A stretch of 32,000 nt of DNA. Origin: Acaryochloris marina S15. Its GTDB lineage: Bacteria; Cyanobacteriota; Cyanobacteriia; Thermosynechococcales; Thermosynechococcaceae. Shown piece by piece: positions 1 through 10,961 of the stretch. The notes beneath the pieces were generated by a model, which was not told the DNA's origin, ran no database searches, and saw only the letters and a list, made by a program, of their open reading frames with translations. Position numbers and translations under genes: made by a program. How positions within the stretch are numbered: the first letter of the stretch is position 1; each line of letters begins with the position of its first letter. The stretch lies in NCBI RefSeq assembly GCF_018336915.1, contig NZ_CP064923.1:5280001-5312000 (forward strand). Direction: 5' to 3'.

Positions 1-253
1 TTTTCAAGGAGAGTCGTGCTAGGGCGCGGCAGTAATAGGCTTTGGCTGATTTAGAGTCAATCTCTAGAGCCTTACCATAGTCTTCAATCGCGGCATAGAC
101 ATTGCCAGAATCGTAGTGGGCCAACCCTCGTTGGCAGTAGGCATCTACGGAAAATGGCTCAGATTCCAGGACTTGGGTAAAGGTTGCGATCGCATCTGCG
201 TATTGCTTTTGCCGAAGTTGCGCTTGTCCTTGTTGAAATAACGGGGCACTCAT
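1..253 (-). CDS. TPR repeat protein, N-terminal part (gene runs off the left edge of the window)
   Basis: The reverse strand is open from ATG (complement of 251-253) to position 1: MSAPLFQQGQAQLRQKQYADAIATFTQVLESEPFSVDAYCQRGLAHYDSGNVYAAIEDYGKALEIDSKSAKAYYCRALARLSLK. It shows consecutive 34-residue TPR-like units. It is absent from the ORF track because there is no stop codon in the window. Confidence 0.7.
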   Translation of the reverse strand, partial: MSAPLFQQGQAQLRQKQYADAIATFTQVLESEPFSVDAYCQRGLAHYDSGNVYAAIEDYGKALEIDSKSAKAYYCRALARLSLK

Positions 254-644
254 GGGCACTCTGATGATGATGCAATGTAGACCTCAAAACAACGGGTTAC
301 ACCGCTGGACGGGATTAATATCCTAACTAATAACCTCAACCCCTACCGTTGTCTTGAGTGATTTCATTTATGTTGGCAGATTTTGGGTAGCAGAAAATCT
401 CCAATCCTTTTACGAAAATTTTCTTAACTCAACCTGAGTTCGGTTTTTACTTCTAGAGATCCTTACAACTTCGCGTCAAGATACTTTACAATCAGCAATA
501 TTGCCCTGGGCATAATTAACAAAGACTTTAGAAGTTTAATACAAAGTTTTTTGGTCGCCCGCCCTTGCTACACGGGCAATCTAACAGTCATCCATCCCCT
601 GATGGTTTGTCAAAGCTTGTAGCACTATCCCTTAGAGAAGAAAG

Positions 645-2729
<2,085 letters not shown>

Positions 2730-2753
2730 TTACAAACTAAAGTAATCCAACAA

Positions 2754-2788
2754 ACGGCACTTTCTACTTTTGGAAGGTGCCGTTTTTG
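2754..2788 (+). terminator. Rho-independent terminator downstream of the EF-G gene
   Basis: ACGGCAC (2754-2760) pairs with GTGCCGT (2777-2783), followed by a T-run (TTTTTGTT). It lies about 25 nt after the stop codon. Confidence 0.7.
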
Positions 2789-2845
2789 TTGGCTCTTGTT
2801 CGCGAGGTTTGCTTTGATATCCTCAATAATCTCAACGCAGATGAC

Positions 2846-3352
2846 TCATTCCATTGACCATTTTCCGTTAGCCGCAAAACGAACTTGAACGGTTCTCCGC
2901 TGAGTTTTGAGAAAGGTTTGGCGAGACCAAGTGAGTAAGAAAGAACGTTGCTCAATGGCGGCTTGAGACGTACCGATATTGATGGGGTTACTGGCACTAT
3001 CCAACTGCAGACTAACACCTGGCGCAGCTTCCAACACTTCAACCGCAGCAGAAGCAAGAAATAGATGATTGTCCTTCTCAAGATTTGTCCACGTTAAGCG
3101 CAGCTTTGCTGCCGGATCACCCAGACTAAAGGTAGCTTGATGGCGTTGTGACGAATCAACAACAGGGACCGAAGGAGAATCATTGTGCTGATCTAAACCC
3201 TCAGACAACTCCAGAGGAGTTCCTAAAGGTCCTACAGGGGTAGTCGGTCCACCGCAACCCGCAAGCAGCAATGAGCCTATCAGCGCCATACTCCCCAGCC
3301 TGAGATAAGCACTGGATTGGGACTGTTGTGAGGCTCGAGCGCCAGAAGTCAT
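2846..3352 (-). CDS. Hypothetical lipoprotein
   Basis: 168 aa ORF with a signal peptide and lipobox (MALIGSLLLAGC|GG). The true start may be the internal Met22. It lies 13 nt downstream of the preceding minus-strand gene, which looks like an operon arrangement. Confidence 0.6.
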   Translation of the reverse strand: MTSGARASQQSQSSAYLRLGSMALIGSLLLAGCGGPTTPVGPLGTPLELSEGLDQHNDSPSVPVVDSSQRHQATFSLGDPAAKLRLTWTNLEKDNHLFLASAAVEVLEAAPGVSLQLDSASNPINIGTSQAAIEQRSFLLTWSRQTFLKTQRRTVQVRFAANGKWSME

Positions 3353-3365
3353 AACAATTCAGCCA

Positions 3366-4709
3366 CTATTTAGGATTGATCGTTCTGATCGTCAAGACTT
3401 GGGGTGGCGTAGAATCAGCGGGATAGAGAAATTCAACATTCACCAATTGCTTTTTCTTGGGCGGAATCGGTAAGGTCAGTAACGCTTTGCCCCGCTCTCC
3501 CCGGCGCTGCACTAAGTGGAAAAAGCGTCTTTGGGACTTGCCTGCACCATCGGTATAACTCAGCTTCAGCGTCCCTCGAAAAAAAGCAGGGCCACCAGGA
3601 GATTTTAAAAAGCGCAAGCCCTTGTCAGACAGCTTATCTTCCTTGATCGGTGTTTGCAGGGACAGGGTCACCTTTTGTGGATCATCGGTGTTGTTCTTGA
3701 GGGGTAAGTCCAGCTTGTACCGCAACCCATAATTGCCGTGGGATTTGTAAGCAGTATCTTCATACCGAACCAACATGGGGGCACTTTGGATTTGATCCGT
3801 GCCTAAGGTGCCGCGATCTAGGGTATTGATCGCATAGGAAAATGCTTCACCCGGCTTAGGAATATCTAAGCTATCTGCTCCAGGCTTATTGGCAATCGTT
3901 GCCTTCCATTCCGAGCCTTTGGATACCCCGGCAACCCGCCCATAAAAGAATTTTTCCGAATCAGAGTCGGGAGGAGTCGGAGCTTTATCCCTTGGACTGA
4001 CCAAGTTTCCCTTAGCCAAGGTTTGCTTCCAGTCTTCTAAAAGCGGGGCCTGAAATTTCCATTTCGATGGAGATCGAGCATAACGGGTCATGCTGGCAGC
4101 ATAGAGCTTGCCGTTGGTCCATAACCGTAGCCAAGTGGTGCGGCTATTGCTGGGGGGAAGTTGCAAATTCACCAGCATCTTGCTTTGACCCGGCGGAATA
4201 ACCAGATTGGTGGCCCAACCAGCCTGTCGTTTGCGACGGAGAACTTCCCCCGCCGTTCGACTACCGGGACCCGAATAGATGTTGCCGCCTTGATCTGCAG
4301 AGTGGGCAGGAAGATCCACAAACGGGGCCTGGGACTGACTGAGATAGCTATTAGCTTGCAAAACCAGCACCTTTACAGGCTTGCTGGAGGGATTATGTAG
4401 CAATACTCCCAAATACAAGGGCCGCTTTCCCTTTTTAGAGTCAATCCGGGTGACATGATGGGCAAATACATCAAACCGACCGGTCAAGGCATAGTTCAAA
4501 TGGGCTTCGGGGAACTGTTTACCAGACTCAGGAAACGTAGAGAGAAGAATCCCTTCAGATTTAACAATTTCTGGGCTGTTGCTATTAAAAACAGGAAATT
4601 GATCCAGTTTTCCCGGCAATGCCCTCACTTCCTGGGGAACAAGCACTTCGGGTGCGGCGGCAATCGTACTTGCTTGAGCGAGAAGTAGGGTAGACAGGAA
4701 AAATGACAT
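3366..4709 (-). CDS. Conserved cyanobacterial secreted protein (DUF3370-like, family name from memory)
   Basis: The long ORF is 3366..4802. I place the start at Met32 (complement ATG 4707-4709) because it begins a typical signal peptide, MSFFLSTLLLAQASTIAAAP. The size of about 450 aa fits my recollection of the DUF3370 family. Confidence 0.7.
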   Translation of the reverse strand: MSFFLSTLLLAQASTIAAAPEVLVPQEVRALPGKLDQFPVFNSNSPEIVKSEGILLSTFPESGKQFPEAHLNYALTGRFDVFAHHVTRIDSKKGKRPLYLGVLLHNPSSKPVKVLVLQANSYLSQSQAPFVDLPAHSADQGGNIYSGPGSRTAGEVLRRKRQAGWATNLVIPPGQSKMLVNLQLPPSNSRTTWLRLWTNGKLYAASMTRYARSPSKWKFQAPLLEDWKQTLAKGNLVSPRDKAPTPPDSDSEKFFYGRVAGVSKGSEWKATIANKPGADSLDIPKPGEAFSYAINTLDRGTLGTDQIQSAPMLVRYEDTAYKSHGNYGLRYKLDLPLKNNTDDPQKVTLSLQTPIKEDKLSDKGLRFLKSPGGPAFFRGTLKLSYTDGAGKSQRRFFHLVQRRGERGKALLTLPIPPKKKQLVNVEFLYPADSTPPQVLTIRTINPK

Positions 4710-4804
4710 GAATGAATCAATCAATACAATTGAGCGAATAAATTCTACCAGCCCATGATCCCCACATTGAAGACCAATGGGCCGCTTTGATAGATGACCC
4801 ATCC

Positions 4805-6808
4805 TTAGGGAATAGCTTGCGATAGTAAGTTTTCAAAGGCCCGCCGTTCATGGGGACTGCCCACTAAAAGTAACCGATCGCCAGTTTCTAAGAGCGTAAA
4901 AGCATGGGGATAGCGAAAGATGCGCTGGCCCCGCCGCACAGCCATAATGGTTGCCCCCGTACGGCTACGAATCTGAGTCTGGGAAATCGTTTGATTGATG
5001 AAGGGAGAGTTGGGCTTCAGGGTGTACCAACGGCCTTCGAGTCCTTCGACAACTTTGCCTAATTCAGGGGGAACACGATCCCCCAACTGCTTGGGCACAA
5101 TTTCACGGTAGTGGCCTGCCCGATAGGTATTGGCAATGGTCTGGACTTGCTGAATGGGGTCACCTAAATTGAGCAATACATGGGCTCCCATTTCTAGGGA
5201 TGCTTCAAATTCGGGCTGCACCACCTCTTTAGCGCCAAGTTGGTAGAGTACATCAATTTCTTGGATGGCGTGGGCGCGAACAGTGACATCTAATCCGGGA
5301 ACCATGCTTAAAGCCCGCTTTAGGGTCAGCCGGGTCGCCAAGGGGTCAGGAAGGGCGATGGCAAGGACGCGGGCTCGGTCTAATTTGGATTTACGCAATA
5401 CCAACTCACTAGAAGCATCGCCAAATAGATAGGGGATTTTCTGGTCTCGCAAGGTCTGTAAGGTTGCTTCATTATTTTCGATCACTAGGACAGGATGTTC
5501 TTGCGATCGCAACATCCGTACCAAGGTTTGTCCAACTCGACCATAGCCAGCAACAACACAATGTCCCGCTAAGCCATCCGGAATCGCCACTTCTTTCGGA
5601 CGTTGAGTATAAATAAACCACCGCCCAATACCCGGTATGCGCTCAAGATAATTCGGGAGACGCGTCGAAAGCTTAAAGACAAAGGGGGTAATCAGTAAGG
5701 TAATGGCCGTCGTTCCCACCATCAAGCCATATAACCGAGGAGAGAACAGATCCAGATCCACGGCGACACCCGCGAGCACAAAGGAAAACTCACCGATTTG
5801 ATTAATCCCTAGACCCACTTTGAGGGCAGTGCTAAAGCCATAGCCAAAGATCACAACTAAGGTCGTGACGATCAGGGCCTTACCCACCATCACAATCGCC
5901 ACCAAACTGAGCAGAGTCCCCAAATTTTCAACCAAAAACACGGGGTCAATCAGCATACCAATGGAGGCGAAAAACAAGGTGGCGAAGACATCCCGCATGG
6001 GCAAAATACTTTGCAAGGCATGGTCTGCATATTCCACCTGAGACACCATCAAACCTGCCACAAATGCCCCCATTTCAATGCCTAAGCCCATGGAGGCTGT
6101 GGCCAAGGCAACCCCCATGCAGAGGGCAACCACGCTCAGTACAAACAGTTCTTGCGACCCCGTCTGGGCCACCTTTTTCATCAGAGTCGGGACAATTTTC
6201 AGTCCGGCAACAACCGCTAATAGAAAAAACAAGGCGGTTTTGAGTACAGCGACCAGCAAGGCTTGGCCAATAGTGGCGGCTGGTTGGGTCAATATCGGCA
6301 ACACCGCCAGCATCAGTCCCAAACTCAGATCCTGAATAATCAGAATTCCCAGCATGACTTGGCCATGCATCGTCTGCATTTCATTGCGCTCAATTAGGCT
6401 TTTGAGCACAACAGCCGTTGATGATAGGGAAAGCACCGCTCCCAGAAAAATCGCTTGGGGCAAGGTGTCTACCCAGTGGGTAAAGTAGGCCAATCCACCC
6501 CCCAAAAGGGTAGTGAGTAGGACTTGCAGGGTGCCGCCTCCCAAGGCAATTTTGCGGACTTTTAAAAGATTGCTAAAGGAAAACTCTACTCCCAGAGCAA
6601 AGAGCAGCAGCACCACTCCCATCTCTGCGAAAAAGTTAATAGCGCCTTCAGCTTTAACGATTTCTAAGCCAGATGGACCTACGGCTAGCCCCGCTAGTAA
6701 ATAGCCTAATAAGGCCGGTTGTCCAAGTCGAGTGGTGAGATAGCCACCAACAGCAGCAGTGCCTAAAACCGCTACCATATCGACAATAAGAGAAAGTTCT
6801 GCAGCCAT
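4805..6808 (-). CDS. CPA2-family monovalent cation:proton antiporter with C-terminal RCK (TrkA-N and TrkA-C) domains, KefB/KefC-like
   Basis: 667 aa. About 390 aa of repeated hydrophobic helices have a Na+/H+-exchanger-type N-terminus (GQPALLGYLLAGLAVGPSGL). A Rossmann motif follows (HCVVAGYGRVGQTL), then a TrkA-C-like tail. Confidence 0.88.
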   Translation of the reverse strand: MAAELSLIVDMVAVLGTAAVGGYLTTRLGQPALLGYLLAGLAVGPSGLEIVKAEGAINFFAEMGVVLLLFALGVEFSFSNLLKVRKIALGGGTLQVLLTTLLGGGLAYFTHWVDTLPQAIFLGAVLSLSSTAVVLKSLIERNEMQTMHGQVMLGILIIQDLSLGLMLAVLPILTQPAATIGQALLVAVLKTALFFLLAVVAGLKIVPTLMKKVAQTGSQELFVLSVVALCMGVALATASMGLGIEMGAFVAGLMVSQVEYADHALQSILPMRDVFATLFFASIGMLIDPVFLVENLGTLLSLVAIVMVGKALIVTTLVVIFGYGFSTALKVGLGINQIGEFSFVLAGVAVDLDLFSPRLYGLMVGTTAITLLITPFVFKLSTRLPNYLERIPGIGRWFIYTQRPKEVAIPDGLAGHCVVAGYGRVGQTLVRMLRSQEHPVLVIENNEATLQTLRDQKIPYLFGDASSELVLRKSKLDRARVLAIALPDPLATRLTLKRALSMVPGLDVTVRAHAIQEIDVLYQLGAKEVVQPEFEASLEMGAHVLLNLGDPIQQVQTIANTYRAGHYREIVPKQLGDRVPPELGKVVEGLEGRWYTLKPNSPFINQTISQTQIRSRTGATIMAVRRGQRIFRYPHAFTLLETGDRLLLVGSPHERRAFENLLSQAIP

Positions 6809-6939
6809 AGGTCACTCTCTGAAGACAGGCTACTCTAACATCAATCCAGCAGTCTGCAATGTCTGTAAGATGCAAGCAACACCGTTAATATACAATTCTG
6901 CACACGCAATCGAGCTGTCTTTGCCTTGATCGGAGGTCC

Positions 6940-7731
6940 ATGAAAATCTTAGTCGGCAATGATGATGGTATTTTTGCCCCTGGCGTGCGGGCCTTAGCCA
7001 ATACTCTAGCCCTGGACCATGAGGTCACCGTCGTTTGCCCAGATCGAGAACGCTCAGCCACCGGGCATGGGCTAACGATTCATCAGCCCATTCGCGCAGA
7101 AAAAGTCCAATCCATGTTTGTGGATCAGGTGACCGCCTGGGCCTGTTCCGGCACCCCTGCTGACTGTATCAAGTTGGCTCTGGGAGCACTCCTAGAGAGT
7201 CCACCGGATTTTGTATTGTCGGGGATTAATCAAGGTCCCAACTTGGGCACAGACGTGCTGTACTCGGGTACTGTCTCAGCAGCAATGGAAGGGGTCATTG
7301 AAGGGATTACGAGTATTGCCTTTAGCTATGGCAGCTTTACTGAACAGCAGTTTCAGCCAGCAGCAAACTTCGGTAAGCAGCTATTAGATCACCTGATTCA
7401 GCATCCTTTATCTGAGCCGATGTTGCTGAATGTGAATGTCCCCGCTTTGCCTGCGAACCAGATTCAGGGGGTGGCGCTCACTCGGCAGGGCATTCGTCGT
7501 TACCATGACCTATTCGAGAAACGCATTGATCCGAGAGGGAAAACGTATTATTGGCTGGCGGGAGAAGTGATGGAAGATTTGGAAGGTGGAAGTGCCGATC
7601 TAGATATCCTCACTGATGTTCAGGCGATCCGTCAACGACTGATTGCCATCACACCTTTGCAATATAATCTCACTGCAACCCATAGCCTCAACCCCCTACT
7701 GAACTGGCTTACACCTCTTCAGAGACGATAA
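6940..7731 (+). CDS. surE: 5'/3'-nucleotidase SurE
   Basis: 263 aa. The N-terminus [19 protein letters not shown], together with [25 protein letters not shown], is diagnostic of SurE. Confidence 0.92.
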   Translation: MKILVGNDDGIFAPGVRALANTLALDHEVTVVCPDRERSATGHGLTIHQPIRAEKVQSMFVDQVTAWACSGTPADCIKLALGALLESPPDFVLSGINQGPNLGTDVLYSGTVSAAMEGVIEGITSIAFSYGSFTEQQFQPAANFGKQLLDHLIQHPLSEPMLLNVNVPALPANQIQGVALTRQGIRRYHDLFEKRIDPRGKTYYWLAGEVMEDLEGGSADLDILTDVQAIRQRLIAITPLQYNLTATHSLNPLLNWLTPLQRR

Positions 7732-7856
7732 TTCGTGATTTGATCACACGAATTGTTCTTATTTGGGCTAAAATTCACAGAAACCCGCAGAAGTTTCACT
7801 GCTTCGATATGATTGGACTAACGGCCGATTCGGTCCAGGCCATCCGCAAGCCATTT

Positions 7857-8759
7857 ATGCAAGAAAAGCTTACCGTTCGCTTTTGGGGCGTCAGGGGCAG
7901 TATTGCTTGTCCAGGGCTACACACCGTTCGTTACGGTGGCAATACTCCCTGTGTGGAAGTGCAAGCCGGACACCATAAGTTCATTTTTGACGGCGGTACA
8001 GGACTTAGAGTCCTCGGACAAGAGCTGCTCAAACATCTGCCCATCGAAGCCCATCTCTTGTTTTCCCATACCCATTGGGATCATATTCAAGGGTTTCCAT
8101 TTTTTTCTCCAGCCTTTATGCCGGGCAATCGTTTCCATATTTACGGCACCAAAGCATCTGATGGTAAGAACATCGAAAAACGCTTAACGGATCAGATGCT
8201 GCATCCCAATTTCCCCGTACCGCTGCAAATTATGGGGGGAAGTCTAAATTTTCATGATTTAGAAGTGGGCCAGACGATAGACGTCGAAGATATTACCATC
8301 CGCAATGCCATCCTCAATCACCCCGGTGGGTCGGTGGGCTATCGGCTAGAGTGGCAGGGGTTGACGGTGAGCTATGTCACCGATACTGAGCATTTTCCCG
8401 AGGCCTTAGATCCCAATGTATTGGCCTTAGCCGATCAAGCCCATGTATTGATTTACGACGCCACCTATACCGATGCTGAGTATCATGAATCGGGGAATAG
8501 CAAGGTGGGTTGGGGACATTCCACCTGGCAAGAAGCAATTAAAATTGCGCAAGCGGCGAAGGTTGATCAGCTCGTGCTATTCCACCATGATCCGCTCCAC
8601 CATGATGTTTTCTTGGATGATATCGGGCGTCAAGCGGGCCATCGATTTAATAATGCCATTATTGCCCAAGAAGGCTTAAGCATCACCCTGACACCGAATG
8701 GTCAATCATCTTTGCAGTATGCCGAACTGGGTCGTGCCATTTCTTCCGTGCATGATTAA
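7857..8759 (+). CDS. MBL-fold metallo-hydrolase
   Basis: The HxHxDH motif (SHTHWDHIQGF) is present, with later His and Asp ligands. The ORF track starts at TTG 7740. ATG 7857 (MQEKLTVRFWGVRGS) is the more likely start, and ATG 7809 is also possible. Confidence 0.82.
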   Translation: MQEKLTVRFWGVRGSIACPGLHTVRYGGNTPCVEVQAGHHKFIFDGGTGLRVLGQELLKHLPIEAHLLFSHTHWDHIQGFPFFSPAFMPGNRFHIYGTKASDGKNIEKRLTDQMLHPNFPVPLQIMGGSLNFHDLEVGQTIDVEDITIRNAILNHPGGSVGYRLEWQGLTVSYVTDTEHFPEALDPNVLALADQAHVLIYDATYTDAEYHESGNSKVGWGHSTWQEAIKIAQAAKVDQLVLFHHDPLHHDVFLDDIGRQAGHRFNNAIIAQEGLSITLTPNGQSSLQYAELGRAISSVHD

Positions 8760-8793
8760 GTGGACGGTCCTAAACTGTGTCAAAATTTGACTT

Positions 8794-9726
8794 GTGTGGG
8801 TTACTTCATCATTAGAGACAGTTCGAACGCCAACGGTAGTCGCCCTTGGTAACTTTGATGGCATTCATCAAGGACATTGCCAGGTCATTCAATCTTTGCT
8901 GTCTGCCCGTTCAGGCCAAGCACACCCCGCTGAAGTAACGGTGGTTGCTTTTAACCCTCACCCCCAAGCTTTCTTCTCGGGTCAAGATCAGCCTCTGCTC
9001 ACGCCACTGCCTGAGAAAGTAAAGTTGCTAGAGGATTTAGGGGTTGATCAGTTGGTGCTGATTCCCTTTGACCAAGCGTTAGCCAATCTCAGCCCCCAAG
9101 CCTTTGTAGAAGGTATTTTAGTCGCCAAGCTCCAGGCGCAATATATCAGCGTCGGGTTTAATTTCTTTTTTGGCTATAAGCGAGCAGGGACAGCCCAAGA
9201 TTTGGTTGCGATCGCAGGTCAGCATCAAATCCCCGTCTCCATCACTGAACCCCAAACGAACGGTTCAGAGCCGATTAGCAGCTCTGCCATCCGCGAAGCA
9301 TTACTCCAAGGAAACTTGGACAAAGCCCACCAAATGTTGGGACGGGCCTATGACCTGGCTGGGCCAGTGGTCACGGGCCAGCAGTTAGGACGGACCTTAG
9401 GCTTTCCCACAGCGAATTTGCAAGTGCCCATGGATAAATTTTGTCCACGCACCGGGGTGTATAGCGTTAGCGTCACCAGCGAACTCTGGTCTCAACCCCA
9501 ACGCGGGGTGATGAACTGGGGCTGCCGACCCACGGTAGACGGTCAGCAACCGAGCTTAGAAGTGCATCTGCTCGATTGGTCAGGGGATCTATATGGGCAT
9601 ACTTTGACTGTGCATTTGCAGCAATTTCTGCGATCGGAACAAAAATTCGCCTCTTTAGAGACTCTCAAAGCCCAAATTCAGGCCGATTGTGAGATAGCTC
9701 GGGCGTCCCTCGCAGCGGTTGTCTAA
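8794..9726 (+). CDS. ribF: Bifunctional riboflavin kinase / FMN adenylyltransferase
   Basis: 310 aa. The N-terminal FAD synthetase motif is ALGNFDGIHQGHCQVI, and the C-terminal riboflavin kinase region is GRTLGFPTANL...EVHLLDW. The start codon is GTG. Confidence 0.9.
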   Translation: MWVTSSLETVRTPTVVALGNFDGIHQGHCQVIQSLLSARSGQAHPAEVTVVAFNPHPQAFFSGQDQPLLTPLPEKVKLLEDLGVDQLVLIPFDQALANLSPQAFVEGILVAKLQAQYISVGFNFFFGYKRAGTAQDLVAIAGQHQIPVSITEPQTNGSEPISSSAIREALLQGNLDKAHQMLGRAYDLAGPVVTGQQLGRTLGFPTANLQVPMDKFCPRTGVYSVSVTSELWSQPQRGVMNWGCRPTVDGQQPSLEVHLLDWSGDLYGHTLTVHLQQFLRSEQKFASLETLKAQIQADCEIARASLAAVV

Positions 9727-9745
9727 CCCATCCAGTTAGGTAGCT

Positions 9746-10675
9746 ATGGTGAATACCCTTACCAGTGTCAGGCCCCAAGTTAAGCGACTGCAAGATAACC
9801 TCGGGACCACCATTGTTGGTAAACATGAGGCCATTCAGTTGGTGCTAGTGGCACTACTGGCCGGAGGACATGCTCTGTTAGAAGATGTGCCTGGAGTAGG
9901 TAAAACCTTGCTGGCTAAGTCTTTAGCCCGCTCCATTGATGGTCAGTTTCATCGAATTCAATGCACGCCAGATTTGCTGCCGAGTGATTTAACCGGGACC
10001 AATATTTGGAATCCCCAAGAAGGAAAATTTGAGTTTCTAGCCGGTCCAATTTTTGCCAATGTGCTGCTCACGGATGAAATTAACCGGGCCACTCCCCGGA
10101 CTCAGTCTGCTCTGCTAGAAGTGATGGAAGAGGCCCAAGTCACCATTGATGGGGTGTCTCATCCCGTCCTCGATCCGTTTTTTGTGATTGCGACCCAAAA
10201 CCCTGTTGAATATCAAGGCACGTTTCCTTTACCCGAAGCCCAGCTGGATCGGTTTGCCTTGGCTTTGAGTTTGGGCTATCCCTCAGAAGCAGAAGAACTG
10301 CAAATGCTAGAGCGTTTGAAGTCTGGCAAATCTTTTCAGAAATTACAGCCCTGCATTACCTTGGCTGAGGTCAAACAGCTCCAGCAAGACTGTCTAGCCA
10401 TTCAAGTAGAATCTTCAGTCCAGCGCTATATCTTGGCGTTGGTGCGCGCCACGCGGGAGCATGATGATATTACTCTAGGTATCAGTCCTAGAGGGACGGT
10501 GACTCTCCAGCGAGCTAGTCAAGCCCTAGCGCTAATAAACGGACGAGATTACGTGCTGCCAGATGATGTAAAGTTCCTGGCTCCCCACGTACTTCGCCAT
10601 CGCCTCATCCCTGCTGCCGGACATTCTGCCCAAGGGATTGTCGAGCAGTTACTGAATGCGATCGCAATTCCCTAA
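9746..10675 (+). CDS. MoxR-family AAA+ ATPase
   Basis: 309 aa. Walker A is EDVPGVGKT and Walker B is LLTDEINRA. Also present are VIATQNPVEYQGTFPLPEAQLDRF and a C-terminal lid (SPRG...). This is the classic MoxR/RavA-subfamily layout. Confidence 0.9.
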   Translation: MVNTLTSVRPQVKRLQDNLGTTIVGKHEAIQLVLVALLAGGHALLEDVPGVGKTLLAKSLARSIDGQFHRIQCTPDLLPSDLTGTNIWNPQEGKFEFLAGPIFANVLLTDEINRATPRTQSALLEVMEEAQVTIDGVSHPVLDPFFVIATQNPVEYQGTFPLPEAQLDRFALALSLGYPSEAEELQMLERLKSGKSFQKLQPCITLAEVKQLQQDCLAIQVESSVQRYILALVRATREHDDITLGISPRGTVTLQRASQALALINGRDYVLPDDVKFLAPHVLRHRLIPAAGHSAQGIVEQLLNAIAIP

Positions 10676-10961
10676 CCGTCTCTCTTTATTTCAACTTCAA
10701 TCCATCGGGCACCCTTCTTGGAACCGCCCAGAATAAGTCTGCGTCAGAGAGAATAGCATCTCGATATGTGCAGTCCGATGATTCTCGCGGGTTTACCAAG
10801 CTTGATTCATCCTTAAGTCAGCGCACAATCGATCCCCCAGCATTCTATAAGTGGGGATAGATGCCTTTGCCAAAAGCTATCCATCCCATCGATTTCAGGA
10901 TTGGTGGTTCGTGATTTGGTGAAATTTGGACGTTATTTTTCCTCCCTCCTCTGCTGCCCCT

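Noticed and set aside
2764-3081. 105-aa minus-strand ORF overlapping the 3' part of the lipoprotein ORF in another frame
   Set aside because: It overlaps the longer ORF that carries a signal peptide and lipobox, and it runs across the EF-G terminator. Nothing supports it as a gene.
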